Origin: an uncultured Eubacteriales bacterium
Lineage (GTDB): Bacteria > Bacillota > Clostridia > Oscillospirales > CAG-272
Direction: 5' to 3'
Length of the DNA stretch: 64,000 nucleotides
Assembly: GCA_959601495.1 (NCBI GenBank)
Contig: CAUGPT010000004.1
Location: 23,964-87,963, forward strand
In this document: positions 43,812 to 55,972 of the stretch, piece by piece
Layout: each line of letters opens with the position of its first letter
How positions within the stretch are numbered: the first letter of the stretch is position 1
Notes under the pieces: model-generated
Database searches by the model: none
What the model saw: only the letters and a program-made list of their open reading frames with translations
What the model was told of the DNA's origin: nothing
Translations under genes and position numbers: made by a program

Positions 43812-45441
43812 GCGGGTCTCCTTTATCGCTTTTTCGGCGTCTTAGATCGGAAAGTATCAGCACAAGAGATGCCGACATGGCGTACAGCGCGCAAAGCGGC
43901 ACGGCAATGTTGCCGACGGTGCCGTATAAAGTGCGCGCCTCTATATACTCTGCGTCGGCCGCGGCATAGCAGCGCTCGCCCGACTCGGTTTTTGCGACCG
44001 TTTTGCCGTACGGGGATATTACAGACGAAATGCCCGTGTTTGCGCTGCGCAGCACGTATCTGCCGTTTTCAACGGCGCGCAGTATTGCGTGAGAATTGTG
44101 CTGCTCCTTGGCGGCGCTGCCGTCGAACCAGCTGTCGTTTGTGGATATGCATATGATCTCGGCACCGTCGCGAACGCTTTCAAGGCAAAGGCTTTCATAA
44201 ACGCTGTCAAAGCAGATAAGGCTGCCGGCTTTGCCCGCGGCGGTATCAAAGACTGCGGTTTCACAGCCGCCCGTTATCTCCGTATCTTTCGTAAGACCGA
44301 CAAGAGAGGGCATAAGATTTTCGGTAAAGCGGCGGGCAGGGATATACTCGCCGAATGGTACGGGATGGCGTTTGTCATAGACCGTGTCCGAGCCGTCCCC
44401 GGGCAGCATGATTACGGAATTATAAAGCTTTTCGCCGTCCTTGCGGAAAGCTCCGCACAGAATATCGGCGTTGTATTTTTCTGCGATATATTCAAGACTG
44501 TTTTTTCTGTGCGGTTCTGCGGCTATGTCGCAGGGCAGCGCGGTCTCCGGCAGAACGATAAGCTCTGCGCCGTCCTTTGCAGCCTGAGATGCAAGGGAAG
44601 TGTACACGCGCACGCTTTGAGTTGTCTGCGACCATTTTTCGCTGAAAAGAATATTTCCCTGCAGCACTGCGCAGCGCACTGCCGTGCCGTGCAGGTCGTT
44701 TTTTGAAATGCGGACGGCTCCGAAGCCGAAATTGAATATGAGAACAAGCGCCGCAATGACTGCCGAGACGCGCTGCGCCCTTTTAGCCGAGCCTTTTGCG
44801 GGCAGAGCTCCGGATATGAGCGCATTTGACATTATTATAAGAAATGATACAAAATACGAGCCGAAAAGGGAGGCAGTCTGTATTGCAGGCGCAAAGTATG
44901 TCTGTCCTGCGGCAAGCCTGCCCCACGGAACGCCGAGCCATGTGCGGCTCTGAAGCCACTCGGCGCAGACCCACAGGGAAGAAACGAACAGAGAGTATGC
45001 GACAGGGTGTTTTTCTTTGTCGGAGTGTCTTGTAAAAAACGCCGACAGTACGAATATAAACGCCGACACAGCGCCCTGCACCGTCGGCAGACCTATAAAC
45101 GCCGCAAGAACTACGGCGAGGGACTGCGCTTTGCCGTAGCCGAGAAAATCAAGTGGGTACAGCTGCCAGAACCAGCTGTAGGTCATAAACCCGTATACGG
45201 TGAAAAACGCCATGCCGCGCAGCCATGCCGCAATAAGATATTTATGTGTGCCGCGGCGAACGGCACGCGTTTCGGAGTACAAAAGCGGGGCAAGCGAAAA
45301 CCAGGCGATAAACCAAAGCCTCGGTTCTGTGAGCGGCACAGCAAAAACGGCGCCGCAAAGCGCCGATGCCGCGCAGTATAAAGCCCCCGTCGGCTTGACG
45401 CTGCCGACGCGGCGGGGGACTGTGTCCGCCGTATCCTTCAT
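43801..45441 (-). CDS. lnt: Apolipoprotein N-acyltransferase (Lnt)
   Basis: N-terminal multi-TM domain plus a C-terminal carbon-nitrogen hydrolase domain with the Glu (LPETALP), Lys (YDKRHPVPFGE) and Cys (LICFDSVY) triad. 546 aa. Confidence 0.75.
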   Translation of the reverse strand: MKDTADTVPRRVGSVKPTGALYCAASALCGAVFAVPLTEPRLWFIAWFSLAPLLYSETRAVRRGTHKYLIAAWLRGMAFFTVYGFMTYSWFWQLYPLDFLGYGKAQSLAVVLAAFIGLPTVQGAVSAFIFVLSAFFTRHSDKEKHPVAYSLFVSSLWVCAEWLQSRTWLGVPWGRLAAGQTYFAPAIQTASLFGSYFVSFLIIMSNALISGALPAKGSAKRAQRVSAVIAALVLIFNFGFGAVRISKNDLHGTAVRCAVLQGNILFSEKWSQTTQSVRVYTSLASQAAKDGAELIVLPETALPCDIAAEPHRKNSLEYIAEKYNADILCGAFRKDGEKLYNSVIMLPGDGSDTVYDKRHPVPFGEYIPARRFTENLMPSLVGLTKDTEITGGCETAVFDTAAGKAGSLICFDSVYESLCLESVRDGAEIICISTNDSWFDGSAAKEQHNSHAILRAVENGRYVLRSANTGISSVISPYGKTVAKTESGERCYAAADAEYIEARTLYGTVGNIAVPLCALYAMSASLVLILSDLRRRKSDKGDPHDN

Positions 45442-45456
45442 TGTGCCTCCGCTTAG

Positions 45457-46437
45457 TTAAAAGAGTTTCAGAAAATCTATTTTGCCCCTGTCGGCTTCAA
45501 AATATCTGCCGTCAAGATATGAGAGGGGACCGTCAGGTACTCTGAAGCCTATGCGGTACGAGTACAGTGCCTGATATTTATAGCCCATTTGCCTGTCGGC
45601 GGCGTTCTTTGCGTATTTTCCCTCGCCCAGAAGGGGGTAGCCGAGGTACGCCATGTGCGCGCGTATCTGATGGGTGCGTCCCGTGTGCAGCCGCACTTCG
45701 AGCAGGGAGAGGTCCTTCTCCTTTGAATATTTCAGCGTTTTAAATTCGGTAACGATCTCCTTTGCGCCCTCGGTCCGCTTTTCGGTGACGGTGACGGTCT
45801 TTCTGACGGAGTCTTTTCTGAGATATGCCTTCTTTGTGGCTTTTGGCGGCACCGGGCGTCCGTGAACGGCGCAGAGATAGCGCTTGTCAATAAGTCCCTC
45901 ACGGATAAGCCTGTTCAATTCACGAAGAGCGGCGGCGTTCTTTGCCGCTACCACAAGCCCGCCCGTGTTTCTGTCTATTCTGTTGCACAGCGCGGGGGCA
46001 AACGAAGCCTCACTCTCGGGAGAGTATTCCCCTTTATTATAAAGATATGCTTTTATGGCGAATATAAGCGTTTCCCGCTCGCTGAGGCTTTCCGAAGCGT
46101 GCTCGCCGCGGTCTCCCGTATGCGCGAGCATACCCGGGCGCTTTGCGGCGATGATCATGTTTTCGTCCTCGTATACTATGTCCGGCACTGTCTTTACTCT
46201 GGCATATTCCGACGCGCCGTCGTCGGCGGGACGCGAAAATTCGTCGGGAATGTACATTTCAACAACATCGCCCGTGCAAAGCATCGTATCCTCTTTGGCG
46301 CGCCTGCCGTTTACTTTGATGCGCTTTTTTCTGATGTATTTGTACATGAGGGATTTCGGAATACCGTCAAGCGCTTTTGTCAGATATTTGTCAAGGCGCT
46401 GTCCGCCGTCGTTTTCGTTCAGCACTTTTTTTATCAA
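45457..46437 (-). CDS. rluD: RluD-like 23S rRNA pseudouridine synthase (RluA family)
   Basis: S4 domain; HTGRTHQIRAHMAYLGYPLLGEGKY. TTG start 9 nt after AGGAGG. Confidence 0.8.
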   Translation of the reverse strand: MIKKVLNENDGGQRLDKYLTKALDGIPKSLMYKYIRKKRIKVNGRRAKEDTMLCTGDVVEMYIPDEFSRPADDGASEYARVKTVPDIVYEDENMIIAAKRPGMLAHTGDRGEHASESLSERETLIFAIKAYLYNKGEYSPESEASFAPALCNRIDRNTGGLVVAAKNAAALRELNRLIREGLIDKRYLCAVHGRPVPPKATKKAYLRKDSVRKTVTVTEKRTEGAKEIVTEFKTLKYSKEKDLSLLEVRLHTGRTHQIRAHMAYLGYPLLGEGKYAKNAADRQMGYKYQALYSYRIGFRVPDGPLSYLDGRYFEADRGKIDFLKLF

Positions 46438-46479
46438 AGAGAGCCGTCCCTCCTTCTTTTGTATTTTGTCCGTATATTG

Positions 46480-46511
46480 AAAATCGGCACCGGAGTGCCG
46501 ATTTTCTTATT
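46480..46511. terminator. Strong hairpin between the small coiled-coil gene and rluD (terminator/attenuator-like)
   Basis: aaaatcggcac-cgga-gtgccgatttt followed by cttatttcc on the plus strand. Orientation relative to the minus-strand genes is ambiguous. Confidence 0.45.
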
Positions 46512-46527
46512 TCCCGGGTTCTTAAAC

Positions 46528-46722
46528 TCAATAGTCGCTGTCACAGTCGCATTGGAATGATTGTATCTGGAGATAGGCGGTCTGCCCCGCCAGCATACCG
46601 ATCTGATTTTCAAGCCTTTCTATCTGCTCTTTCATTCTTGCGATCTCCGCTTCAAGCGCGGCGATACGGCGAGATTCACTGTCGCTTTCATAAGCGCCGA
46701 GCGCGTCGAAATCATGACTCAT
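46528..46722 (-). CDS. Small coiled-coil protein (hypothetical)
   Basis: 64 aa: ...RRIAALEAEIARMKEQIERLENQIGMLAGQ..., ending in a QCDCDSDY tail. Good RBS (AGGAG 9 nt upstream of the ATG). Confidence 0.5.
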   Translation of the reverse strand: MSHDFDALGAYESDSESRRIAALEAEIARMKEQIERLENQIGMLAGQTAYLQIQSFQCDCDSDY

Positions 46723-46783
46723 AAATAACGCTCCTGCCCATCTGTCGGCACGGTGTGCCGAAGACTATATGATTATTTTATGA

Positions 46784-47413
46784 TTATTTTGTTCCGAACA
46801 GTCTGTCGCCCGCGTCGCCCAGACCGGGAACGATATATTTGTTTTCGTTGAGCTTTTCATCCATTGCGGCGATGTATATATCAACGTCGGGATGATCCTC
46901 CATGACCTTGCGCGCGCCCTCGGGAGCACCTACAAGGCACATGAGCTTTATGTTGGTGCAGCCGCGCTTTTTGAGCATTGCGATAGCGTCGGATGCACTG
47001 CCGCCTGTTGCGAGCATGGGGTCTACAACGATAACTATGCGCTCGTTGATGTCGGGCGGCATTTTGCAGTAGTATTCAACGGGGAGGTGGGTCTCGGGAT
47101 CGCGATACAGACCGATGTGACCTACCTTTGCAACGGGAACAAGGCTGAGCAGACCGTCAACCATGCCGAGACCCGCACGAAGAATGGGAACTATCGCAAG
47201 CTTTTTGCCGGAGACCTTTTTTGCGGTCATTTTGGAAACGGGGGTTTCGATGACTACGTCCTCCATGGGAAGGTCTCTTGTGATCTCGTAGCCCATAAGC
47301 ATTGAAATCTCGTTGAGAAGCTGGCGGAAATCCTTTGCTCCCGTATCTGCCTCTCTCATTATTGTGAGCTTGTGGGTGATCATGGGATGATCTATTACGT
47401 GAAGTGTGCTCAT
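46784..47413 (-). CDS. upp: Uracil phosphoribosyltransferase
   Basis: [15 protein letters not shown]...[12 protein letters not shown]...[12 protein letters not shown]...[17 protein letters not shown]. Confidence 0.9.
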   Translation of the reverse strand: MSTLHVIDHPMITHKLTIMREADTGAKDFRQLLNEISMLMGYEITRDLPMEDVVIETPVSKMTAKKVSGKKLAIVPILRAGLGMVDGLLSLVPVAKVGHIGLYRDPETHLPVEYYCKMPPDINERIVIVVDPMLATGGSASDAIAMLKKRGCTNIKLMCLVGAPEGARKVMEDHPDVDIYIAAMDEKLNENKYIVPGLGDAGDRLFGTK

Positions 47414-47646
47414 TTATTTGCTCCTTTATATTATGTTTTATTTATTATACACCGCTTTTTATGCGTTTTCAAGTGCAATGGACAAAATACGCACAAAAAT
47501 CGACCGCAAGTGACGGTAAATGAGCGGTGCCGTTTCCGGGCATACTACCACCGATACCATGCCGTACGGGAAGGGGCGGCGTTTGTATGGGCAATGCTCA
47601 TATATTTTTGATATATCTGCTATGAAAAATTGGTATTGCCGAATGC

Positions 47647-47675
47647 TTGACTTATTTTAGTAAAGAGATTATAAT
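47647..47675 (+). promoter_or_regulatory. Near-consensus sigma-A promoter for the atp operon
   Basis: TTGACT (47647-47652), a 17-nt spacer, then TATAAT (47670-47675). Confidence 0.7.
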
Positions 47676-47774
47676 ACTCTTGCCCGAGAGGAGGGAAGCC
47701 GTACGGAAAGGATACTGTACTACGCGGCGTTCGCAGCCGCAGGTGTTGCGATCGGTGCCGCACAGGGAGCGCTT

Positions 47775-47984
47775 TTGTATGTGCTTCTCAAGAAAATGAC
47801 CTCCGCCGTATACGCGGCGGCAGCGCTTATTGGGGCGGCGAAGCTCGCGGTCTACGCGGCATGCGCCGTTATAATGGTGCTCTTCTTCAAGGGCGGGCTT
47901 ATAGCCTTCGGCGGCGGACTGGGCGCGGGGATATTCGTTTCTGCCTGCCTTGCGTCGCTCATAAGCATTAAAAACAACGGTTGA
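47775..47984 (+). CDS. AtpI/AtpZ-like small membrane protein (ATP synthase protein I)
   Basis: 69-aa hydrophobic two-helix ORF immediately 5' of atpB. TTG start after AGGGAG. Confidence 0.55.
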   Translation: MYVLLKKMTSAVYAAAALIGAAKLAVYAACAVIMVLFFKGGLIAFGGGLGAGIFVSACLASLISIKNNG

Positions 47985-48002
47985 CCGATAGGAGATGATA
48001 TA

Positions 48003-48893
48003 TTGGATGCACTTGATATAGCGCTTATAGGCGGCTCCGCCGTTTTGAGCGTTGCATTCGTTATACTGTTTTTCGCAGCAAGGGCAAAGTATGCCGAGGA
48101 CCCCACGCCCAAGCGGAAAAAGACGAAAAAGCGGATGCTCATATTCGTAATTCTGTTTTCGTGGGTATTTATCGGCAGTATCTTCAATATACTCATAGGC
48201 GGCTCAAAGGGCATACAGGTCGAGTTTGATCTGTTTTCGGAGAGAACGGAAATTTTCGGTCTGTCCGTTGCGCAAACGAGCGTGTATATGTGGGTGATAA
48301 CGGCGATAATCGCGCTGCTTTGCCTTGTGTTCAGACTGTTCATCTTCCCCCGCTTTTCCAAGGATTCGCCGGGAAAGCTGCAGAACGTTATCGAAACGTG
48401 CGTTGAATTCTGCGAAAAGTTTGCAAGGGATACGCTTTGCGATTATTCGGGAGAGATAGCGCCCTATATGTTCTCCCTTGCGCTGTTCATGCTGGGCGCC
48501 GCGTGCTGTGAGCTGTTCGGGCTGCGCGCTCCGACCTCCGACATTGCGGTAACGTTTGCCATGGGTCTTATCACGTTCTTCATGATAAACTTCTACGGCA
48601 TCAGGAAAAAGGGTATCGGCGGCAGACTTGCCTCAATGTGCAAGCCAAGCCCCATCATGTTCCCCATGAAGATCATAAGCGACGTCGCTGTCCCCGTTTC
48701 GCTTGCCTGCCGTCTTTTCGGCAACATGCTGGGCGGCATGATAGTCATGGATCTTCTCAAAGGAGTTCTGGGCGGCTACCGTATCGGAGTCATTCCCGTT
48801 GCGGGACTGTATTTCAACTTGTTCCATCCCATAATTCAGATATACATTTTCATCATACTTTCAATGACGTTTATCAACGAAGCCATTGAATAA
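48003..48893 (+). CDS. atpB: ATP synthase F0 subunit a
   Basis: Multi-TM protein with the conserved C-terminal [12 protein letters not shown]...Arg-containing helix. Confidence 0.9.
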   Translation: MDALDIALIGGSAVLSVAFVILFFAARAKYAEDPTPKRKKTKKRMLIFVILFSWVFIGSIFNILIGGSKGIQVEFDLFSERTEIFGLSVAQTSVYMWVITAIIALLCLVFRLFIFPRFSKDSPGKLQNVIETCVEFCEKFARDTLCDYSGEIAPYMFSLALFMLGAACCELFGLRAPTSDIAVTFAMGLITFFMINFYGIRKKGIGGRLASMCKPSPIMFPMKIISDVAVPVSLACRLFGNMLGGMIVMDLLKGVLGGYRIGVIPVAGLYFNLFHPIIQIYIFIILSMTFINEAIE

Positions 48894-48916
48894 AAAAAGA
48901 AAGGTTAGGTAACAAC

Positions 48917-49126
48917 ATGACAGCAATCGGTGCAGGTATAGCAATTCTGGCAGTTCTCGGCGCAGGTCTCGGCATGGGCATTGCAACAGGCAAGGCGTGC
49001 GAGTCCGCGGCAAGACAGCCCGAGGCCTCCGGTAAGATCAACACTCTGCTGCTTCTGGGCTGTGCCCTTGCAGAGTCCACCGCTATCTATGCGTTCGTCG
49101 TAGCGCTTATCCTTGCGGTAAAGTAA
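48917..49126 (+). CDS. atpE: ATP synthase F0 subunit c
   Basis: 69-aa hairpin: GAGLGMGIA...ARQPE...[17 protein letters not shown] (carboxylate Glu). Confidence 0.9.
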   Translation: MTAIGAGIAILAVLGAGLGMGIATGKACESAARQPEASGKINTLLLLGCALAESTAIYAFVVALILAVK

Positions 49127-49175
49127 GGACAAACCGATAAGAAGAGACGATCTTTTATAAGGAGGCGCAAACCAA

Positions 49176-49697
49176 GTGGGCGGACTTGATCTTACAAAGA
49201 TCCCTATGGATCTTATAATGAACATCATAAACATTGTCATCCTTTTTGTCATCGTGCGTTTTCTGGCGTATAAGCCCGTCAAGAAGTTTCTTGACGCGCG
49301 CCGTGCCGGTATAGACGCGGAGAAAAAGGAGGCAGAGGATGCCGAAAACCGCGCGAAGGAAATGTGCGCGCAGTACGAGGCAAAACTTTCCGAGACGGAC
49401 GCGGCACGTGCCGACGCCGTAAAGAGCGGCGAGCGCGAAGGGCAGCGCAAGGCGGACGAGATAGTCGCCGGCGCAAAGAAGGACGCGGAAAAGCTTATAT
49501 CCGACGCAAAGAAGAATATTGCAGCGAAAGAGTCGGAGTCCCGCGAGAATATGAGAGACAGCGTTGTTGACCTGTCTCTGTCAATCGCGACGAAAGTCAT
49601 CGGCAGAAATCTTTGCGACGACGACAACAAGCGTCTTGCCGAGGAGTTTTTCGCTGAGGAATGCGGCAAGGCAAAGGACGGTAGCGAAAATGGCTGA
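49176..49697 (+). CDS. atpF: ATP synthase F0 subunit b
   Basis: N-terminal TM then a long charged helix. GTG start after aaggagg. Confidence 0.85.
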   Translation: MGGLDLTKIPMDLIMNIINIVILFVIVRFLAYKPVKKFLDARRAGIDAEKKEAEDAENRAKEMCAQYEAKLSETDAARADAVKSGEREGQRKADEIVAGAKKDAEKLISDAKKNIAAKESESRENMRDSVVDLSLSIATKVIGRNLCDDDNKRLAEEFFAEECGKAKDGSENG

Positions 49698-49914
49698 AAA
49701 CGCTTTGCTCCAGGTACCGGAGGGCACCGGCGAGGAAACGGTAAAGCTTATATGCTCGTCTTTTGAAAAAATGCTCGGCAAAGAGCTTACATTCCGCGTT
49801 GCGGTGAAAAAGGATCTCATGGGCGGTTTTATCGCGAAGATCGACGGAACTACTTATGATAACTCCGTTTCGTCACGGCTTGCCAGGATGAAAAAGTACC
49901 TGATGAAAAAATAA
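49690..49914 (+). CDS. atpH: ATP synthase delta subunit, unusually short (C-terminal domain only)
   Basis: MAENALLQVPEGTGEETVKLICSSFEKMLGKELTFRVAVKKDLMGGFIAKIDGTTYDNSVSSRLARMKK resembles the delta/OSCP C-terminal segment. The start overlaps the atpF stop. The first 42 codons of the 116-aa ORF are out of context. Confidence 0.6.
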   Translation: MAENALLQVPEGTGEETVKLICSSFEKMLGKELTFRVAVKKDLMGGFIAKIDGTTYDNSVSSRLARMKKYLMKK

Positions 49915-50007
49915 AACCCGCAATTATTATTTTTACAGCCGCCGCGCTTGCGCGGCACGGCTCTTTTCCGAATACAGTATTATTTTCGGGAAAGGAGGAC
50001 GATTTAC

Positions 50008-51519
50008 GTGGATCTCAGAACTGAAGAAATAAACAAGCTTCTGCACGAGCGTATAGAAAGCTTTGACGAAATGTCGGCGGTATACGCAAGCGGCAGAGTT
50101 GCAAGCATATCCGACGGCGTTGTCAAGGTAGACAGACTGCCCGGGCGCTGCAACGGCGAGCTGCTGCGCTTCGGCAAAAATACATGGGGAATTGCCATGG
50201 ACCTTGACGAGGACGGCGTCGGCGCCGTTCTGCTGACGCATGACGCAAGCGTTTCCGTCGGCGATCCGGTAGGCGGCACGGGGCACCCCGTGGACGTGCC
50301 GGTATCCGACGAGGTCATAGGACGCATAATATCTCCTCTCGGACTGCCTCTTGACGGCCGTCCGCTGAAGGCAAAGAAATACGCGCCCATGGAAAAGCCC
50401 GCACCGTCCATAAACATGCGCCGTCCCGTTGATACTCCTATGGAAACGGGCATACTTGCCATTGACTCCATGATACCCATAGGCCGCGGTCAGCGTGAGC
50501 TTATCATAGGCGACAGACAGACGGGCAAAACAGCCATCGCCATTGACACTATTATAAACCAGCGCGGCAAAAACGTTATATGCGTGTACTGCGCCATCGG
50601 TCAGAAGGCTTCTACAATCGCTAAAGTGGCGCAGCAGCTCAGATCCTGCGGCGCAATGGACTATACGGTCGTTGTGGCTGCAACGGCATCGGATATGCCT
50701 GCAATGCAGTATCTTGCTCCCTACGCGGCTTGCTCCGTGGCAGAGGAGTTCATGAGCGGCGGGCGCGACGTGCTTGTGGTTTATGACGACCTTTCAAAGC
50801 ACGCGGTCGCATACAGAACAATGTCGCTGCTTCTGCACAGACCGCCGGGACGTGAGGCGTACCCCGGAGACGTATTCTACCTCCATTCGAGACTTCTGGA
50901 GCGCAGCGCCTGCCTTTCGGAGGCAATGGGCGGCGGCTCGATCACGGCACTGCCTATAATCGAAACTGTGGGCGGCAATATTTCATCGTATATCCCCACA
51001 AACGTTATATCCATAACGGACGGTCAGATATTCCTTGAAACAGAGCTGTTTTACAGCGGCGTCCGCCCTGCGGTAAACACGGGACTTTCCGTATCCCGCG
51101 TGGGCAGAAGCGCTCAGTTCAAGGCTATGCGCAAGGTCTCGGGACTTCTGCGTATAGAGCTTGCCCAGTATAAGGAGATGGCTGTGTTTGCGCGCTTCGG
51201 CTCAGACGCCGATCCTTCCACAAAGCATATTCTCGACCGCGGTGCCTGCCTTACCGAGCTTTTGAAGCAGGGACAACAGTCCCCGTATTCTACGGCACAG
51301 CAGGTAGCACTGCTTGCGGCATACCGCGACGGCATTTTCGACGGCATGAGCCCCGATAAGGTGTCATGCGCGAAGACCTCTTTCCTTGACTACATGGAAA
51401 AAGCGGCGTCTGCGGAATTTGCGGAGATCGCAAAAACCGGAGATATGTCCGAGGACTGTGAAAAGTCTCTCTGCGCGCAAATGGCAGAGTGGAAAAAGAC
51501 TTCGGAGGCAGAGCAGTGA
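50008..51519 (+). CDS. atpA: ATP synthase F1 alpha subunit
   Basis: Walker A GDRQTGKT and the conserved alpha core. GTG start 9 nt after AAAGGAGG. Confidence 0.9.
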   Translation: MDLRTEEINKLLHERIESFDEMSAVYASGRVASISDGVVKVDRLPGRCNGELLRFGKNTWGIAMDLDEDGVGAVLLTHDASVSVGDPVGGTGHPVDVPVSDEVIGRIISPLGLPLDGRPLKAKKYAPMEKPAPSINMRRPVDTPMETGILAIDSMIPIGRGQRELIIGDRQTGKTAIAIDTIINQRGKNVICVYCAIGQKASTIAKVAQQLRSCGAMDYTVVVAATASDMPAMQYLAPYAACSVAEEFMSGGRDVLVVYDDLSKHAVAYRTMSLLLHRPPGREAYPGDVFYLHSRLLERSACLSEAMGGGSITALPIIETVGGNISSYIPTNVISITDGQIFLETELFYSGVRPAVNTGLSVSRVGRSAQFKAMRKVSGLLRIELAQYKEMAVFARFGSDADPSTKHILDRGACLTELLKQGQQSPYSTAQQVALLAAYRDGIFDGMSPDKVSCAKTSFLDYMEKAASAEFAEIAKTGDMSEDCEKSLCAQMAEWKKTSEAEQ

Positions 51520-52406
51520 GCAGCCTCGGTGAGATAAAGAGTCATATAGGCGCAATTGAACAGACGCGGCAGATAACAAACGCAATGTACCTCATATCCG
51601 CGTCAAAGATGCGCAGCACCATAAAGAAGATAGACTATAACGTCAAATATATGGCGCGTCTGCGCTCTACTATGAAGGATATTCTTTTGCATACGGACGA
51701 TCTTTCGGGCTATCATTTCATAAGGCGCAGAAAAGAAAGCCGCAATGTGCTTCTTATCCTTGTAACGGGCGATAAGGGCATGTGCGGCGGATACAATCTT
51801 AACGCCGAGGCGGTATTCAGAGACGCCGAAGAAAAATTCAAAAGCCGCGGCGTCGGCGTGCGCATAGGCACCGTCGGCATCGTTGGCGAGGAGTTTCTGG
51901 AGAGCCGCAATACTCCGCCGGACTTTCGGTGGAGAGGCGTTATTCAGGATCCCACGCTGTACAGCGCGCGTCAGATAGCGTCGACCGTTATCGAAGAATA
52001 CGACAGCGGCAGAGCGGATGAAATATACATGGTATATACCAGGTACCGCAATTCGGCGGTGCAGACGGCTGATATCATGCAGCTTCTGCCCATTGAGCTT
52101 GAGGACTACGAGGATGTCGGCGTTGAGTACAGCGAGAGAACACATATGAATTTCGAGCCGTCGCCGAAGGCGGTTTTCGCAAATCTTGTGCCGCAGTATC
52201 TTATAGCGCTTATTTTCAACATGCTTGTACAGTCGTCCACGGGCGAATACGCGGCGCGTATGAACGCCATGCAGACTTCGACCTCCAATGCGGACGAAAT
52301 GCTCTCTGCGCTGCGCAGCGAGTATAACAGAACAAGACAGCTTGACATTACAAACGAGATCATAGAAATTGCCGCCACCACCGGAACGGTCAGCGACGGC
52401 AACTGA
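51516..52406 (+). CDS. atpG: ATP synthase F1 gamma subunit
   Basis: MSSLGEIKSHIGAIEQTRQITNAMYLISASKMR matches the gamma N-terminus. GTG start overlaps the atpA stop, after GGAGG. Confidence 0.85.
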   Translation: MSSLGEIKSHIGAIEQTRQITNAMYLISASKMRSTIKKIDYNVKYMARLRSTMKDILLHTDDLSGYHFIRRRKESRNVLLILVTGDKGMCGGYNLNAEAVFRDAEEKFKSRGVGVRIGTVGIVGEEFLESRNTPPDFRWRGVIQDPTLYSARQIASTVIEEYDSGRADEIYMVYTRYRNSAVQTADIMQLLPIELEDYEDVGVEYSERTHMNFEPSPKAVFANLVPQYLIALIFNMLVQSSTGEYAARMNAMQTSTSNADEMLSALRSEYNRTRQLDITNEIIEIAATTGTVSDGN

Positions 52407-53828
<1,422 letters not shown>

Positions 53829-53855
53829 TGCCGTGCCGGAAAGGAGAGTGGCGCA

Positions 53856-54263
53856 TTGAACACTTTCAAGCTTGAAGTGCTGACGCCGAAAAGAGAATTT
53901 TACAGCGGCGACGTTGAAGCGGTTACGATCGTACTTGACGACGGTGAGATGACCATTCTCAGAGATCACGAGCCGATGCTTGCCGCGCTTGAGATAGGCG
54001 AGATGCGAATAAAGACCGAAGAAGGGTGGAGAAGCGCTTTTGCTTCTCAGGGCTTTGTGGAGGTCAGACCGGATGAGACGCTTATATTCGTGCAGGCGTG
54101 CGAGTGGCCCGAGGATATAGACGAGGCACGCGCCGAGGAGACGCGTCAGCGCGCTGCGGAAGCCATGCGGCAGAAGCTGAGCATCATTGAGTATAAGGAG
54201 AGCCAGGCTGCCCTTGCAAGGGCTATGACAAGGCTCAGAGTCAAAAAGCATCTGAATTATTGA
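53856..54263 (+). CDS. atpC: ATP synthase F1 epsilon subunit
   Basis: LEVLTPKREFYSGDVEAVTIVLDDGEMTILRDHEPMLAAL. TTG start. Confidence 0.85.
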   Translation: MNTFKLEVLTPKREFYSGDVEAVTIVLDDGEMTILRDHEPMLAALEIGEMRIKTEEGWRSAFASQGFVEVRPDETLIFVQACEWPEDIDEARAEETRQRAAEAMRQKLSIIEYKESQAALARAMTRLRVKKHLNY

Positions 54264-54388
54264 TTTATTATATTTGCGGGGCTCCGCGCCCCGCACCCCG
54301 ACCGATATATATGGGGCTTCACCCCATACCCCGACCCGAAAAAACCGGGCAGGATAGGTTTCAGACTATCAAATAAAGAAAGCAAAAA

Positions 54389-54414
54389 GGCTGCCGCACG
54401 GCAGCCTTTTTTTC
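54389..54414. terminator. Bidirectional rho-independent terminator after the atp operon
   Basis: ggctgccg-cac-cggcagcc flanked by an A-run and a T-run (aaaaa...ttttttt). Confidence 0.8.
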
Positions 54415-55950
54415 TCATCCGTTTCGGCAACAGCTTCCATGTCCGAAACAAGAGTATCCCTTGATGTTTCGGTCTCCTCGGAGAACTGCACATCCGAAGC
54501 CTGCTCAAGCTGATAGCTCTTCGCACCGTCGTAGTCGTCCTTTGAGAAATGACGAGTCTGCACATCGCTGTCGGAATTCACCATGAACGCTATTTGCGGA
54601 TTCTGATGATTCTTTGCTATGTTGTCATGGTCGTATTCCATGTTATAATCCATGACCGACGCGATTTTGAAACCCAAGTACTTCTCATAAAACTTATGCA
54701 ACGGCTGATTCGGCGACATATAGCAGTCAAGGGTACTTGTGCGTTCTTTCACAACAGGCGCTATTGCACTGAGAAATCCTCTTTGTGTTCCGAGGTTATA
54801 AACACTTACAATGTCACCGTCTTTAGTAATGGCAAAGCCGCTCATACCGTCGTCGGTGATGTAGTTCGTCATATCCTCATATCCTATGGAATCGGCAGTT
54901 GTTTTTATGCCGTGCAGGTCTACAAGTTCTCCGTTTTTGAGAAAACATCTGCATATCCCAAAAATATCGTGAAAGGTAGTCGCGTCGACAATAACGACCT
55001 TGAATTTGTTTCCGTCTCTGGATGTCAGATTAAATTCATTACCATACCGATTGCTGCTACTGCCGGTTCGCACTCGTCTTCGAAAAAGAACTTGAAGTCC
55101 GGCTCGTACTCTTTCATCAAGCGAGGCACTGCCACTTCTGAAAGCGAGGGCATCTCTCTGAGACATTTCTCTACAAGCTTTTTGTACGTCTCTAAATCTT
55201 TGATCGAATGATTTTCCATCTTCATCCTCCGTTCCTGATTTGATTATATCATAAATTTTTTTCTGTGTCGAGGAATTATCAAAAGTTGTTTCTTCCGACA
55301 GCTGCAGCCCCTCTTTCTCCGCCTGCTTTTCGAGAACATCAAGATTTTCTCTCGTCTTCGCATTCTCCGCCTCGGCGAGAGCGTCCCTCATATTCCGTAT
55401 GGAATTCTCAAGAGCGTTGTCGAATACCTCCTGTACCTCCTCAAGGCTCTTGAGCGCTTCTCTGAGCTTCAGCGCCGCATCGTGCAGCTCCTCGTTGCCG
55501 TCGTACATATCCGTCTGTGCCTTGCGAAGATTTGCGATAAATTCCCGTACCTTCGTGACTACCTTTACAAACAGGCTTGCATTTTCCGTGGCAAGCTTTT
55601 CAAGTGCCTTGCTGTCACGAAGCAGCATTTCGCAGCCGTCCGCAATGACCTCATCGGATGCCATGGCATAGCTCATGCCGAGCTTGTCCATTTTTTCCTT
55701 AACAAGCGCGTCAAAATCAGCCTCCAAAGCATCGCGGATGTAGTCTGTCAGTACGTTGTAATCAGCTTCGCTCCACGTCTTTATGGAGTGCGTGACCTCA
55801 TGCGCGAGTGTGTGACCGAGAATTCCGCGCACATCGGTTGCGTTGTATGTTGCATCAGCGCGCAGATATATTGTGTTGGTCTTCTCATCATATGCACCGT
55901 TTTTCAGCGCTTCGCCGATGCGCTCCCCGTCTGAAAGCTCAAATAAAAAA

Positions 55951-55972
55951 GCCGCCGAAGGCGGCTTTTTTA
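55951..55972. terminator. Bidirectional rho-independent terminator (infB end)
   Basis: aaaaaa-gccgcc-gaag-ggcggc-tttttt. Confidence 0.85.
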
